64,000 nucleotides of DNA from Entomortierella parvispora E1425 (taxonomy: Eukaryota; Fungi; Mortierellomycota): NCBI GenBank assembly GCA_020891255.1, contig BQFW01000004.1, positions 1,054,001 through 1,118,000 of the forward strand, in the 5' to 3' direction. Below, piece by piece: positions 11,867 to 32,738 of the stretch. The position numbers and the translations under genes were made by a program. Under the pieces are notes generated by a model that did no database searches, had not been told where the DNA came from, and saw only the letters and a program-made list of their open reading frames with translations. Within the stretch, counting starts at the first letter, position 1. Every line of letters begins with the position of its first letter.

Positions 11867-14800
11867 CCTAGCAAAACAGTCGTCTTTTCATCCATTTCCA
11901 TCACCACCCACAAGAACAATGCCCTCCACTACTGCCGCAACGACGACGTCTTCAGCTTCAATACCCCCATCGCGCCCCCAAGCTAGTGGCAGCAACCCCA
12001 ATGTTCAAAGACCTGTCGAACCAGATCGCGGCCCAGCCGATCTTAGTAACCCCAGTATGGCCCTAGCAGAAGCTCTGATAGCGGCGAGGTCAAAAGCAGA
12101 GGGAAAAGCAAAGGCGTTACAGAAGGCAGCGGCGTCTTCCAGTCATTTGGAAGGGAGCTCAAATGCAGGAAAGAGGCTGGTACCATCTGCATCCGCCGAC
12201 TCCAATGGTGCAACTGCTGGCAGCCAAATCCGTATCCCCGTCCCAAACCTGTCGCCAACGATAAGAGGCTTCCATTCTCAGAAGAGGAATCCAGAAGAGT
12301 CAACGTATCCTCACCGGACATCGTTTACACTTTCACCGACTTCATCCAACCCCGAGCTGGCAGAATCGCAGACCGACAGCCATTCTGGATCTTATGGGAC
12401 ACCCAGGCCAACGACTCACGGAGGGCGTCCAGTCCCTACTTCAGTGTCCACCAAATTTGTCGGCGTCACCAGTCGTGCAATGGGACCTAGTGTATCTTCG
12501 GATGTCTCTGCATTCTCGGACGAGTACAGTCACCATGAGCAGCAGTCAAAGCAACAGCAACAACAACATTTGCATGACGCTCACCTCAGCCACCACCAAA
12601 TGGATTCCAGTATCCTTGGCACTTCTTACGACTCTGCAATTTCCGCCGTTCAGGACGAGGGAAATTTTTCGCGGTTTGCGTTCCCAGGACATGATCTCGA
12701 TCAAAGCTCACTCCCAACTAATAGCTACACGGACAGTCTTCAGCATCCACTTGACTACCAACAGACTATGTCTGGAGAGTCTTCCAGTTTCCAGCAGGAC
12801 TATTCCAACACAAGGCCGCTGCGTTTGTCTACAGACTCAGATTCGCGTGTCTATACGGTCAACAAAGGAAAATCAGTCAAACATAATTATCACCACCATC
12901 ATGATCGACGAACGAATGGGCTGTCGGATTCGGCATCTATCTCTGCGTCGGCGTATCCCCCGACAGCGTCATCGATGGGCGAGGCTGAGGATCTGCAGGA
13001 CCAAATGAACACAGAAGCAGAGTATATCATGAACAGGAATACTGAGCTCTTGCGTATCTTGAGCATCCGGGACGAGGAAGTCCAGACCCTACAGCAGGAA
13101 CTGGATCATACTTTGAAGGTCATGCACGAATACGAGGATGACCTCATGGCAATGCATACGGCCGCCGCCAAGCCCTATGAGAGCTACCATCAGACCCTGG
13201 ACGAAATTGGTCACGAGATGACGCAGCAGGATGCAATTGTGAAGGGCTACCAACAGGAGAATGAAATGCTCACGAACCAGCTCAAGTCGTCTGTAGAGAT
13301 CCGACAAGAAGCAGAGAAACGTCACCTGCAGACAGTAGAAAAACTCAAGAATGAGTTGAACGAGCTTCGTGCCGAGCTAGATCGATCGGACAGTGACAAG
13401 TACGGCCAGGACGATTTGAGAACTCAGCTGAAAATCTCTCAAGAGATCCACGAGCATAGTCAAAAAGGATTCAAGGACAAGGAAGAAGAATACTTGGCCG
13501 AGATTGGATCTCTCAAGGATCAACTCAGGATGACAGAGCACGTCCTCGAAGAGGAACGTCGCGCCAAGGTCGAGGAGATGCAGCGGCTGGAGCGAGATAT
13601 CCAGGACTTCCGCGCTGGGTATAACGGCATGTTGGCACAACTCGAATCACTTGGACCCCATTACCGGATGCCACCGCTGAAGCGCGGATCCTCATCCTCT
13701 TCAGCAGATGATGGTCAGGCGGATACGACAGCAGGCGTGGACATTGAGAATGATCTTGCTCTTCTCAAGGCATCACCTCTGCATAGCAGAACCACATCCA
13801 GTCAGCATTCTGCTATTCCCTCACCCACCCTGTCGGAGAAGCAAGTGCATGGTTCAATGAAGCCAAAAACTCTGGATCGAAAGCTGACCTCTACCGAAAC
13901 CCTGACGACAGCGAATATGCCCAAGAGCGGAGAGCTTGACAAGATGGATTTGGCTCAGCGCATCAGCCGATTTGAAGCAGATGTGCGCCAGAGTTTGCTC
14001 CGAAGTGCGTCGATCGAGAGCTTCATCAGCGTTCGATCCTCGACTGGCACCGTGATCCCACAGACATCGCAACTTAAACCCCACTCCCGTCCTCACGGGA
14101 GCGCCTCTTCCAGGGATGATCTTCGACTGTCTGCTATGAGTGAAGAGCACCGACTGGCCAACAAACTACGTGATCGGATCAACAGCCTCAATGTGGAAAA
14201 CAAACGGTTGCATACGGAGCTCTCTTCTCTTTCTCTGGTGCTGAGGCAACAGCAGGCGGAACGGCAGCGTCGAGTGGCCCAGCTGGAGGAGCTTTTGGAC
14301 ATGCACGAAACTGTTGCAAACAAAAAGCTGGACGACGCCGACACGGAAGAGGGGCAGACAAGGATCCGAAAAGTTGTCCAAGGCTTAATGGTCAAGATCC
14401 GGACAAAAGAAGCTGAAGCCGAGTTTTATCACAACGCGTACTTGGATAAAGTCATGGAGCTAGATCAAATGGCGCTGGCAAACGGCAAGACTCTGGCCAT
14501 GGAGGGCTTGTCCGATGAAAGGCCATCGTCCTCATCGCAAGCTATGGTGGATGGACTCGCCGTCTCGGGACCGATTTCGGCTAGTGTTATTGAGGCTCTG
14601 GAGAACCGTGTCAAGGAGTTGGAGCGAATCAACAAGGAGGCTGCGTTCAGACTTGCGGCAGAGCAGCGACGCGCTCAAGCAGCCGAGACGGAAAACGCAA
14701 CATTGATTCGGGAAAAACTTACGCTCTCGCGCATGCTGGAGGATCAAGTCGATCAGCTGCAGACGAAATTGAGCGTGGCGGATGTGGCCAAGGCAAGGCT

Positions 14801-15578
14801 CGAAGATGAGAATGCTGCGCTTCGACAGCAGCAGCAACAAGATCAAGGCGAGCGTGCGCCAGGAGTCGGCGGTCGAGCGGAGCAGACCTCTCACTTGGAT
14901 CCTGCCAACGCAGAGTCAATGGCGATCATGAGGACCCGAATGCTCTCTCTCACTCGACAGCGGGATCAGCTGAGAGAGCAGCTGCAAGAGGCTTTTGATA
15001 TCCAGTTGACCATGCAGGATCGCGCGGCAGGAGGCGTCCCTGAATGGTCAGTGGATGACTACAAGCGCCTGGAGCGAGCACTGGAGGAGAAGACGACGGA
15101 GTTAAGCATTTGGAAGGAGCGAGCTGTGGCCTTGGAAAAGGTTGTGGAGCGTATTCGAATGATCAAGGACCGTCCTGAGCCTATTGGGCTCTCGATGGAT
15201 CGACACGGCCGTCGACGATCTTCGTCCAGTGCACAAGAGACTGGATCCCTCAGCTCGTCCACATCTGCGGCGAGTCGACGCAACAACTACTCGCACCATC
15301 ACCACTCATCCCACTCGGGCCAGCACACTCTGGAGGAGCTCGACCAGGTGGTCCTCCGACTGGAGCAGCGGCTGGAACGTCGAGATCAGGAGCTGCAGGA
15401 GGTGGTCCAAGAGGCCAAGCGACAGACAGATTTGAGATTGGAAGCCTGGAAGTCCAAATGGGTCCAGGTTGTTCAGCGCAAGAATGCAGAAATTCATCGG
15501 TTCCAGGTCGAACTCGAGTCGTTGATGGCAGCCGTAGACCGCGATCGGGCCAGGATGGCGGCCTCGATGAAGAAGTAA
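11867..15578 (+). CDS. Large coiled-coil protein, CEP162/QN1-like (centriole distal-end/transition-zone protein)
   Basis: Uninterrupted ~1,240-codon ORF (first ATG of likely use 11919). Motifs QQDAIVKGYQQENEMLTNQLK and C-terminal RRDQELQEVVQE...KWVQVVQRKNAEIHRFQVELESLM resemble my recollection of CEP162 (LQGYQQENERLYNQVK; REQELQQIIQQ...KWKRLAQLKNRELEKFRTELDSIL). Confidence 0.72.
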
Positions 15579-17253
15579 TAGTTATCTCCCAAGAGGAAGG
15601 AAAGGGAGCGTTTTTTTCACTGTTCCTTGCTAAACATCCACATTCGCATGCTTCACCTCACTTTTTATTTGTACCATGGCTCCCATTGCTTTGTCCCTAC
15701 CTTAATTTGTCCAACCTAGCGTTCTCTCGCCCAGCACTTACCCCTAATTGTATACCCATAAAAACGAAGTGCCTTTATTGAGTTGAACAAGCCAACCCTG
15801 TTTGCTTGCTTGACTGGCGCTCTACCAGTGCTCTGTTCCCCGTTGCTCTTATTCGTCCCTCATCGCTTGCTAGGTTCCTCCCATGAGTTATTGATTCGTC
15901 ATTAGCATATGGGAGACGGGGATAATCGTATGTGCTGCAGTCCTAACAACACACACGCAAGCGCAGTTGACAGACACATACACACGACCAACCAACCCGG
16001 TCCAGAGCCAAAATGAAGCCACTAAAAAAAAAAAATTTGATTGAGTTGAGATACGAAGTGAATAGGGACGATTTTTTTTTATTATTTTTATTTTTTTGGG
16101 GACAGTGGAGGGGGGATGGATGGTTCGATTGTCTCTGCCTGCCTCCATTCTCCATTACTCAATCATCATCATCATTCTTGATTCACATTTGGACCTTATC
16201 CTATCGCCCTGCACATCAGCATCGGCAGCATTGTACTCGTTGTATTAGTATCAGCAAGAGCGAAAACAAACCGTTTCTATTCAAGGTAAGAAAGGATGCT
16301 GTGCCGCAGCAATATCTGCGATGGAGAGCAGAGGAGTGGAAGAAAGAGAGAAGGAGGAGGATGGAGTACAGAGCAAGAGAGAGTGGTGAGAGTGAGGTGG
16401 AGAGAGAAAGAGAGAGAGTGAAGAGAGGAGGAATAAGGAGGAGAAGGAGGGGGAGGAGCAAGGAAAGGGAAGTGAAGAGGGCGGGCGTGCGAGTTTTTGG
16501 TCAAACGGAAAGAAAGCAAGAGTGAAGAGAGAAGGAAGAGAGTGGAGGCGATGGGGTCGATGGGGTCGGTTGTTCGTCTAGTCGTCTGCATATCTCTCTG
16601 GCCAGCCAAGGATGCGACGCGACGAAGAGGACGACGACCAAGACGACCGAAGGAGTAGAGGGTGGGCCGCCGTCTCAATGATGGATGGAGGCTGGGAGCT
16701 GGCTGCTTTTGCAGCAGTGCAGTGCAGCAGTGTGCAGCGCATCAGACTGAAGCGCAGTGCAAGCCAGCAGTCTCTTTCTCTCTCTCTGTGTGTGTCTGTC
16801 TGTCCAGTCAGAGTCAGAGAACAGTCTTGGGCGGGCTGGCGGTCCATCTGCCTGATTCCCTCCCTCTCTTTCACCCCTTCATCTGCTCTCGTTTGCACTG
16901 GATCAGCTTCTCCTCCCTCTCTCTATTCCCCCCCCCCTCTCTCTCTCTCCCTCGCCTCTCCTTTCTCCTCTCCCTCTCCCTCCCACACCTCTCTTCTCCT
17001 CTCCTTCTTCCATTCTCGTCATCCTCCCTCGGTCGTGGCTTCCTCGGCGAGCGGCCTTCATTCTCATCTCGGACTGTTGTTTAATCCTCTGATTAGTTCC
17101 TACCTTGCCTCTACAAGGGTACCTGGATTGTCCTCTCTTCTTTAATTCGGTGAGGCAGGGATCAATCCACCTACTCGGACCCAATCAGTCGAGTCCCGAC
17201 GACCATAATCATCTCTCAATCCAAACAGTGCGTACAATTGCACCATCGAGACT

Positions 17254-25720
<8,467 letters not shown>

Positions 25721-26143
25721 AAAAAAACTGGCATTTATTGAAAACTTTACGAGGGTGAAAAGGGGGGAAGGGAAGAATATGCAAAATATGAATAAACTCG
25801 CTAATATTTGGTTTTAAAGCTTGCAGCTATGGCAAAAGGTGTTGAACGTTCTTGAGAACCCTACGAAGTAGTCATTCCCCATTGCGGCGCCTATGGTAAT
25901 GAGTGATCCAAATTTGGGCAAATGTACCTCTCGAACTCTTACTCTACAAGACCAGCACATGAAACAAATGATCAGGAGTTGCGTGGGAGCGTGTCATCTC
26001 CAGCGCCACGACAATAACGATAATATCGATAATATCGAAAACGAGGAGGATTAACCGACTGGGGAACCTTTACGAATCAACACAACCAAAAGTTTGAACA
26101 ACGTCAAAAATGACACTCTCTATGTTCAGACGGAGATTCATTC

Positions 26144-27060
26144 CTAGTGCGGTCGGGCTCTATGTTGTGATGATGACGACGACGGCGACGACGAAGGTGT
26201 AGAAGATCCAAGACCAGGTTTGACAGAGCGATTCCCCTGTATCGTTGCCGTGGAGGATGTGGAACCTGACAAAAGTCTTGATCGTGCTAACACGGACGCA
26301 TCGCCACTGTCGAAAGGACGGCCACCTGCCACTGAATATGTTGAGGAGGATGATGACGACGACGATGACGATTGTCTTGCAGGCAGAGAAGAAGTTGACA
26401 ACGCGGCTGAGCTTCCAGAAGACCGCCCTCCATTAGTGGCAGCCGCAGCCGCAGCGGCTGCATTGGACAGTGCGATCCTTGGCCTTTTAAACGTCCTTTG
26501 AGGTTCCCCTGATCGCGATGTCTCCCGATCCTCTCCTCCTGGCTCTTGTCCCGTCTCGCGCTGTCGACGGAACTGCTGCTGTTGCTCCTGCTCCCGTTGT
26601 TGTATTTGAAGTGCTGTTGATGGAGATGATGATGAAGTTGATGGTGAGGACGCTTGTGGCGGTGTAGGCCCTGCTGAGGTCCATGTGGAAGGTGCCACAG
26701 AAGACAACGACGGCACAGGAGGAAATCCCATAGGAGTCTTTTGCAAAGCGTCGGCGGCTTTTTTACGACGCATGGCATCCAAGACCAAGTTTTCATCGCT
26801 GCTGGCCATCAGGACTAGAACAAGCAAGAGAAGCATTAGTCTCCGTGGAGCACCATTTCTGTCTTTGTCATGCTCAGCATGGGTATGCGCAGACAATGGT
26901 CAAATGCATTGGCCAAGATTCCTCATGGCTTACAGTTTGGTGCTTTCGCCTTGGTCGAAAAGTATGGACGATTAACATGCCCAGGTTCATGTCGGACCCG
27001 TTCATAGGTCGCAGCGGTGAATGCATCCGACTTAGAGGGCAGGTTACGAAGGTATTCCAT
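26144..27060 (-). CDS. Small-domain protein with DDA1-like N-terminus and long S/Q-rich disordered tail
   Basis: Exon 1 27060-26934 (GTAAGC donor), exon 2 26814-26144 (GACTAAT branch, TTCTAG acceptor), in frame: MEYLRNLPSKSDAF...RPYFST...FLMASSDENLVLDAMRRKK. The DDA1 assignment is weak and from memory. Confidence 0.55.
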
Positions 27061-27171
27061 GGCGTCTGCTGCGGAGGGAGGGAGGGAGGGGAACAAAAGG
27101 AACAAGAAGTCGAGAAAAAAAAAAAGAGATATGGCAGTTTTATTTTGGTGGCAAAAGCTTTTTCAAGGAAA

Positions 27172-30100
27172 TCAAGCAGTTGGACCAAAATCTTCTCCAG
27201 ACTGATATCGCAGCGACTCTGGTGTAACTATGCATCGACTACCCTCCCCTGCCGCCACGGTTGGCGTAGAGGACCTCTGAGTTACCGTTCCTCCAAATAT
27301 TGACCGGCTTGTTACAGCGGTTGAAGATGCGGAGACGACCCCACCACCTAAATTGCTGCTGCTGCCCCCGAGTTGGCTGTCGCCCACCTCGCCTCGAAGC
27401 TCCTTAGCCTTGAGTGCCGATGCCTGGACGTCTCTCTCCCACACCACGAATCGATTCCGGATTCCCACAGGTGCATATACGATCATGTAGCGCCCAATTG
27501 TCCTGAACCACTGACTCTGAAGTGCCTGAAGTTTGTCCATCCAGAGCGCCAATCGCCTTTGGGAGACAGGTAACTTGGTATCCAAGTATGAAATTTTGTT
27601 GAAGAATGCTCCTGTAAAGTCACGCATCTCCACCAACTTTCCCACCATGCCATCCAGATGGTAGACTGACCGTTGTGTGGCGTGCTCCTTCTCACGTACT
27701 TCTGATAGTAGCGCCCGACGCTCGGCTAAAATGGCACTCGCCTCCACATCAAGACCCTAATCAAAGAAAAAATGTAAAAGTCAGTGGCTTTGTCGTGAAG
27801 ACCACAATTGATCAGGAGCGATAGTTACCACAAACTGGGTTCCTCTATCCTTGAGGATTGATCTCAACGTTTCTAGCTGTCCAGAGAACTCTTTTTCGAT
27901 AGTCTTAAGGTTGGAATAACGGGATAGAAAAGATAGGTAAGAATCTGGCTAATTCTGATACCAATAATACAACATGCTCCAATAATTTTTCCATTTACAT
28001 ACCTGCATCTTATCTAGCAAAGCCTTCAAGTTATCTTCTTTCTCTTTAAGTGCTTGGTAAGAGTAGTATCTTTGCGTATCGCATTCTACCACAAGTCTTT
28101 GTCATAAAAATAAATAAATGCAACATTAGCGTTTGCATTCTGAAGTAGAACATCCCGGTCGTCTTAAAAATGGATAGGCTTGATCGGCAGTTGTAAGCTT
28201 ACGTTCTTAAGGGATGCAACTCTACATCGCTCAAATCATTACAGGCAAAAGATCTGGTCCGCTTTCTCCGTGCTGGATGCGGATCAATCTTCCTGTATGG
28301 CAAACAGCTGATCCCGGGTATTGAGCCAGTTGGCTCGGTAGATTCGAATCGAATGCCAAGGATACGCTCCTGCCCTAGAAGACCCGACATTGACTGAGCC
28401 CTCTTTCGACTATCTCGTAACGTTTTCGGTTGTTTGGTTCCTGCTATATTTGTCATCCCCGCCCCTGCAGCCGTTCCAATTGAAGGAATAGCCGGTGATC
28501 CTGAAGGCGATCGAACCAACTCCATGGGAGCTGATACGGGAGCTGTGAGAGATGGTGTGGGGGCTGTTATGGATGCCATATTTCCAGATGGCATCGGTGA
28601 ATTACGACCATCCAAGTAGAATTTCACAATCTCTGGTTCGCCTAAAGGCTCTGGCTTCTGAGTGAACAGAGTAGATAAAGCATCAAGGGCAGGTACAGTA
28701 GCGGATGTACTCGAGGTGCTTGCTGTTGATATTGCCGTTACTGAGTTTGCCAGCACAGATGATATTGGCTGCTGTTGCTGTTGAGAAGGCTGCTGTTGTT
28801 GGGATATTGGCTGTTGCTGCAGTTGTTGGGGTGTATCCAGTCCATTACCGAACTTTGGTGAGAGATCGTCTTCAGAACCAGGGCCGTTGGTAGTCGACTG
28901 GGCGATTGTTGAAGGAGGAACAGCATCCTCAGACTCATAGCCTTCACCAACCCTCTCGTCTTCTGATTTCGGGCCATTGTCTAATCAGATAGTGGAGTCG
29001 ACGTCAATACACAAGGACGCGATTCGACTGGCAAATCCGAATCCAAATTTCATTTACATTCAAACGGTGTCGATATGGCAAGTGTATCATCCGTGGTTGC
29101 GCCCTCTTTCATGTTGATTATTGGAGGGAAGTTTTTGCCCTTTGTCAAAAGCAATGACTGTCGATTCTTGCCACTACATGTTGTACCATGGATAAATAAA
29201 TAAGTGAAATTAAAATGCAAATCCCTTTGCTTTGACTAAGGGTAGAACGGTTTTGACTTACGTGGCCATCGTCTTCAACGACTGCGATGCATTTTTTGTT
29301 TCCCTTGTCTAGCGCGCGTGGATTGTTTTAGTACGATTTCTCCGTTTCAATGCTGGTCTTGATCATTTTGAAGGCAAAACTACATTACCGTCTTTGCAAG
29401 ACCTCGGACCAAGCTCTTTCCAAGTTCTTTGCCGCCTGTGAGCCAATCTCCGTTTGCTAAGGCATCTGCCATGTCTGGTTTGTGCTTTGGTTTGCCTCTC
29501 CACACCAGCTTCAAAGACTCGGAATTAATGTGCTTTGCAAATACCTCCAGATCAGTCGTCTCCCCCTCTGGGTTCACAGCCGTCATTCCAGAGAAATCTT
29601 CGATTTTCGATTTGAGAACCTTGTGGACCTTGAGTCCTTGTGGATTGAATGAATTCTGGTATGCATTCGTGATCGCCTCTGCTGTCCTGAAATCCAGGTA
29701 TCCTGCGTTCAAATCCGGTTTTTTTAACTAAACGGCGATAAGCGGGACATATCAGCGTCATCCTACAAATAAAAGGCGAAATAAAAAGAAGTAATTGACT
29801 TCCAGTTATTTTTGCGATTACCTGAAATGCTTTCACGGCGGTGACAAATGCCGCTGGCTCTGCAAATGGATCCTTTGGAACCTAAGAACGTGCATAGTGT
29901 ATATGAGCGCCAATATCCCTGTAAAAATGAAGCGTTTCGCTGTGCAATCTTGGGGTGATATATCCCACTTACGTTGCTAACCAGATGTTGTAGCTTCCCT
30001 CGAATGTTGGCGACTTTACTGAACATTCCAGAGAGAACATTAGGATCCAGGACATTCTCACGAGAAGAAGGTTTCTTTGCAAGGAGAAAAAGGGCGGGCG

Positions 30101-31227
30101 CTTTAGTATGGTTGCAGTTGGGGGTCGAGTAGACATTGCTTGATTCGGTTCTCATCCCTTTACCTGGAATTTGTTGCTGAGAAATGTGTTATAGAACTCC
30201 TCTAGACCACCTTCTGTTGCATTGCAGAGCAGTCCATCCACATCGTCCAGTTTAAATAGTCCGAAGATGTATAGGCAGTTCTGGACCAAGTCCACTAGCC
30301 GGATAACAGTGTCTTCAAAGTCTGTCGAGTCCGATATTTTGTAAAGCTGATTGAACTTTTCTCTCTGTGCGTCACTAAGAAATAGGAACGAAACAAAAAA
30401 GTCAGAAGTCCGGCCCCATTGACCCCAAAAGCAGTCATTGGTCATACCTTGGAGATTTGGATGTGAGTGCGCTTCTGCCGCTACAGCCCATACGGCGGAG
30501 GTTGAGGTTGAGATAGAACCGACGCTGATAGAGGTCATAGTCTCCCTGCTGTGGTACGAGGACAATATTCAGGGTGGATGTGAACACGCTTAGGTTTGTA
30601 ACAAACAGCTGGCCATATGGGGTCTACAAGGATTGAGGTTACGGTGAGTGATTATCAAACATAATCGCATGTACATCCCGTCTGGTCTGATCAGAGCAAG
30701 CATGCTCTTGCCCCCATGTGCTTTTTTACCTCCTTTGGTTTAGCGCCATCGCTACGGAACTTGTCAAACATCTTTTCGAGTCTTGGACAGTGCACCTCGG
30801 GGCGCTCTATCGTGATGGCAACCACTTGAATCTGCAGAAGATAACAGGGCAGTTAGATCATATCCCGCCTAATGTCAAGTAACACGAAGAACTCGTTTTG
30901 GTGACTTGAGACGGTCTACCTTGTGGACGGGATCTCCAGTAAATGATACGGCCGTTGCGACCTCGCGATTCCGCTCAATAGCCCTATCGTATCCACAAGC
31001 GACAGTTAGCCAAGACCGCACAAGCTGAAGAGAATGAGACAGATGTAACAGAACAGGTTGCCTGGAGGTGAATGCATTGCTGCTGATTACCATTGCTCCA
31101 CAAGGTAGATTTGATAGCCTTCTAGCCTGACCTCCGTGCTTTCAATGCGAATGCCGTCCACGTTCTTACAAACATCGACCAGACGGCCTCGCTCACAAAA
31201 GACATAACTCCCTGCTGGCAGTGGCAT
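27172..31227 (-). CDS. STB6: STB6-like protein (Sin3-binding; STB6_N domain), multi-exon
   Basis: Spliced reading gives LEGYQIYLVEQW|AIERNREVATAVSFTGDPVHK, EKFNQLYKI...LVDLVQNCLYIFGLFKLDDVDGLLCNATE and ENVLDPNVLSGMFSKV, followed by coiled-coil exons at 28100-27172. Internal exon boundaries only partly resolved. Confidence 0.8.
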
Positions 31228-31242
31228 TTAGACTGTATTTCC

Positions 31243-31274
31243 TGTGGGTGGTGTGGGTGGTGTGGGTGGTGTGG
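31243..31274. repeat. 9-bp tandem repeat (TGTGGGTGG)x3.5 just upstream of the STB6 start codon
   Basis: tgtgggtggtgtgggtggtgtgggtggtgtgg seen directly. Confidence 0.85.
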
Positions 31275-31658
31275 AATGAATGGTAGGATGGAGCGATGAT
31301 AGTGTGGTAGAACAAATGACATCAGGCAGAGAGGGAGAGCCAACCTGACGAGAGATTGTGGGATGTGAAAATTAGGATAAGAAATAGCGATGAAAGAGAA
31401 GGGGGAACGGAAGAATGAAAAGGGAGAAGAAAGAGAAGCATGGTGCATGCATTGCTCACATGGCCTGCCTGAAAGCGGCCCATTTTGGTGGCCAAAAAAT
31501 GCTTTTTTTTCCCACTCACTTTCCGTCTCTTCCATCCCTTTTCTTTCTTTCTCTCTCTCCTTTCAACCGCTCTCTCCTCTAACCGTTATTGGATTCATCA
31601 AGAACTTATAGAGATATGTATTGTAATTATTATGTGCTATAGTGTACAGTTCCTTCCC

Positions 31659-32180
31659 TTAGCGGGCGAGGAGGTGCTTGTCCAAACCCAGGATCTGGGT
31701 CACGCTCGATCGGCGGCGACCATGGTCCATGCTTGCAGGGGGGATGGGCAATCCATCACAGTTGGTTGTGATTCCATTCATCTCCTGCTCTGCTCTGAGC
31801 TTCTCCATGAACAGGGCCTGTGCCTTGATCACCTCGGCGTACTGGTCATTGGTCTCAGAGGAAGTTGAGGATCGGCGCTCGTCCAGCGAATTGCGTCCAC
31901 TGGCACCGCCTCCGAGGCTGTTTCTGCCTCGGGAGTGAGATCGAGAGTGGGATCGGGACTTTGAGCGGAGACGGTCTGCAAACGCGGCGAGAGAGGAGCG
32001 ACGGCACTCGCTCTTGGTCGAATCTGAGGTATCTACTTGGGCAAGGGGGCTGCCACCGTTGATGGGGTGAGCGCTGTGGTCACGTCCGCGAAGGTCTTGA
32101 GTATCGGCAGAGAACTGGATCGAGGGAGCGGTGGCGGAAGTTTGACAATCGATCTTGTTGTTGTTGCAGGTGTGGCTCAT
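31659..32180 (-). CDS. Small disordered RS-rich protein, paralog A of an unrecognised family
   Basis: 173-aa intronless ORF with TATAAAA-like element about 100 bp upstream (~32281-32288, minus). Shares four ordered motifs with 40299-40925. Confidence 0.8.
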   Translation of the reverse strand: MSHTCNNNKIDCQTSATAPSIQFSADTQDLRGRDHSAHPINGGSPLAQVDTSDSTKSECRRSSLAAFADRLRSKSRSHSRSHSRGRNSLGGGASGRNSLDERRSSTSSETNDQYAEVIKAQALFMEKLRAEQEMNGITTNCDGLPIPPASMDHGRRRSSVTQILGLDKHLLAR

Positions 32181-32738
32181 GGTATGTGGGGAGTTCTTTT
32201 GTACTCGTTTCTTTTCTAGAAGGGAAGTTTTTTTTTGAGGTGTTTGTTGAGATAGTCTATGTTAATAAAGATGAAGGTCCTTTTTATACATTCTCGCAAG
32301 GCGAACCCGATAGTCCAAAGTGACGCGCCACAGCGGCAGCCCGCAGGCAACAGCCTTCACCTTCGCCATTCTGTCAATGTCTTGCTTTGCCTCCCGCGAC
32401 GTGTCACGGCGTCAGTCACCTGGGCGTCATCGCTGCGAGATTGCTTTCCTTTTCCGGACACTGCCAACTGCGGCAGAGCCTGCAGCAGGGGCTTCTGTGC
32501 CTATATTCTATTTTCGAAGGATCCGAGACAAACAAGAACGTCTGTCGCTCCCATTCATGAGACCGGCGCCCCGGTGGTGTCACCTAACCCGACATTCGAT
32601 ACCTGGGGGCCCCGTGATCCGGACCATATGACGCAAGGGGAATTCTGTGCCTACCTGTCAACTGCACACGTTTTATGGTCCTCCAGTTCCTTCGACTTTG
32701 GGACTGCAGACGCCTCTTTCGTTCACTAGTTGCGTTAT

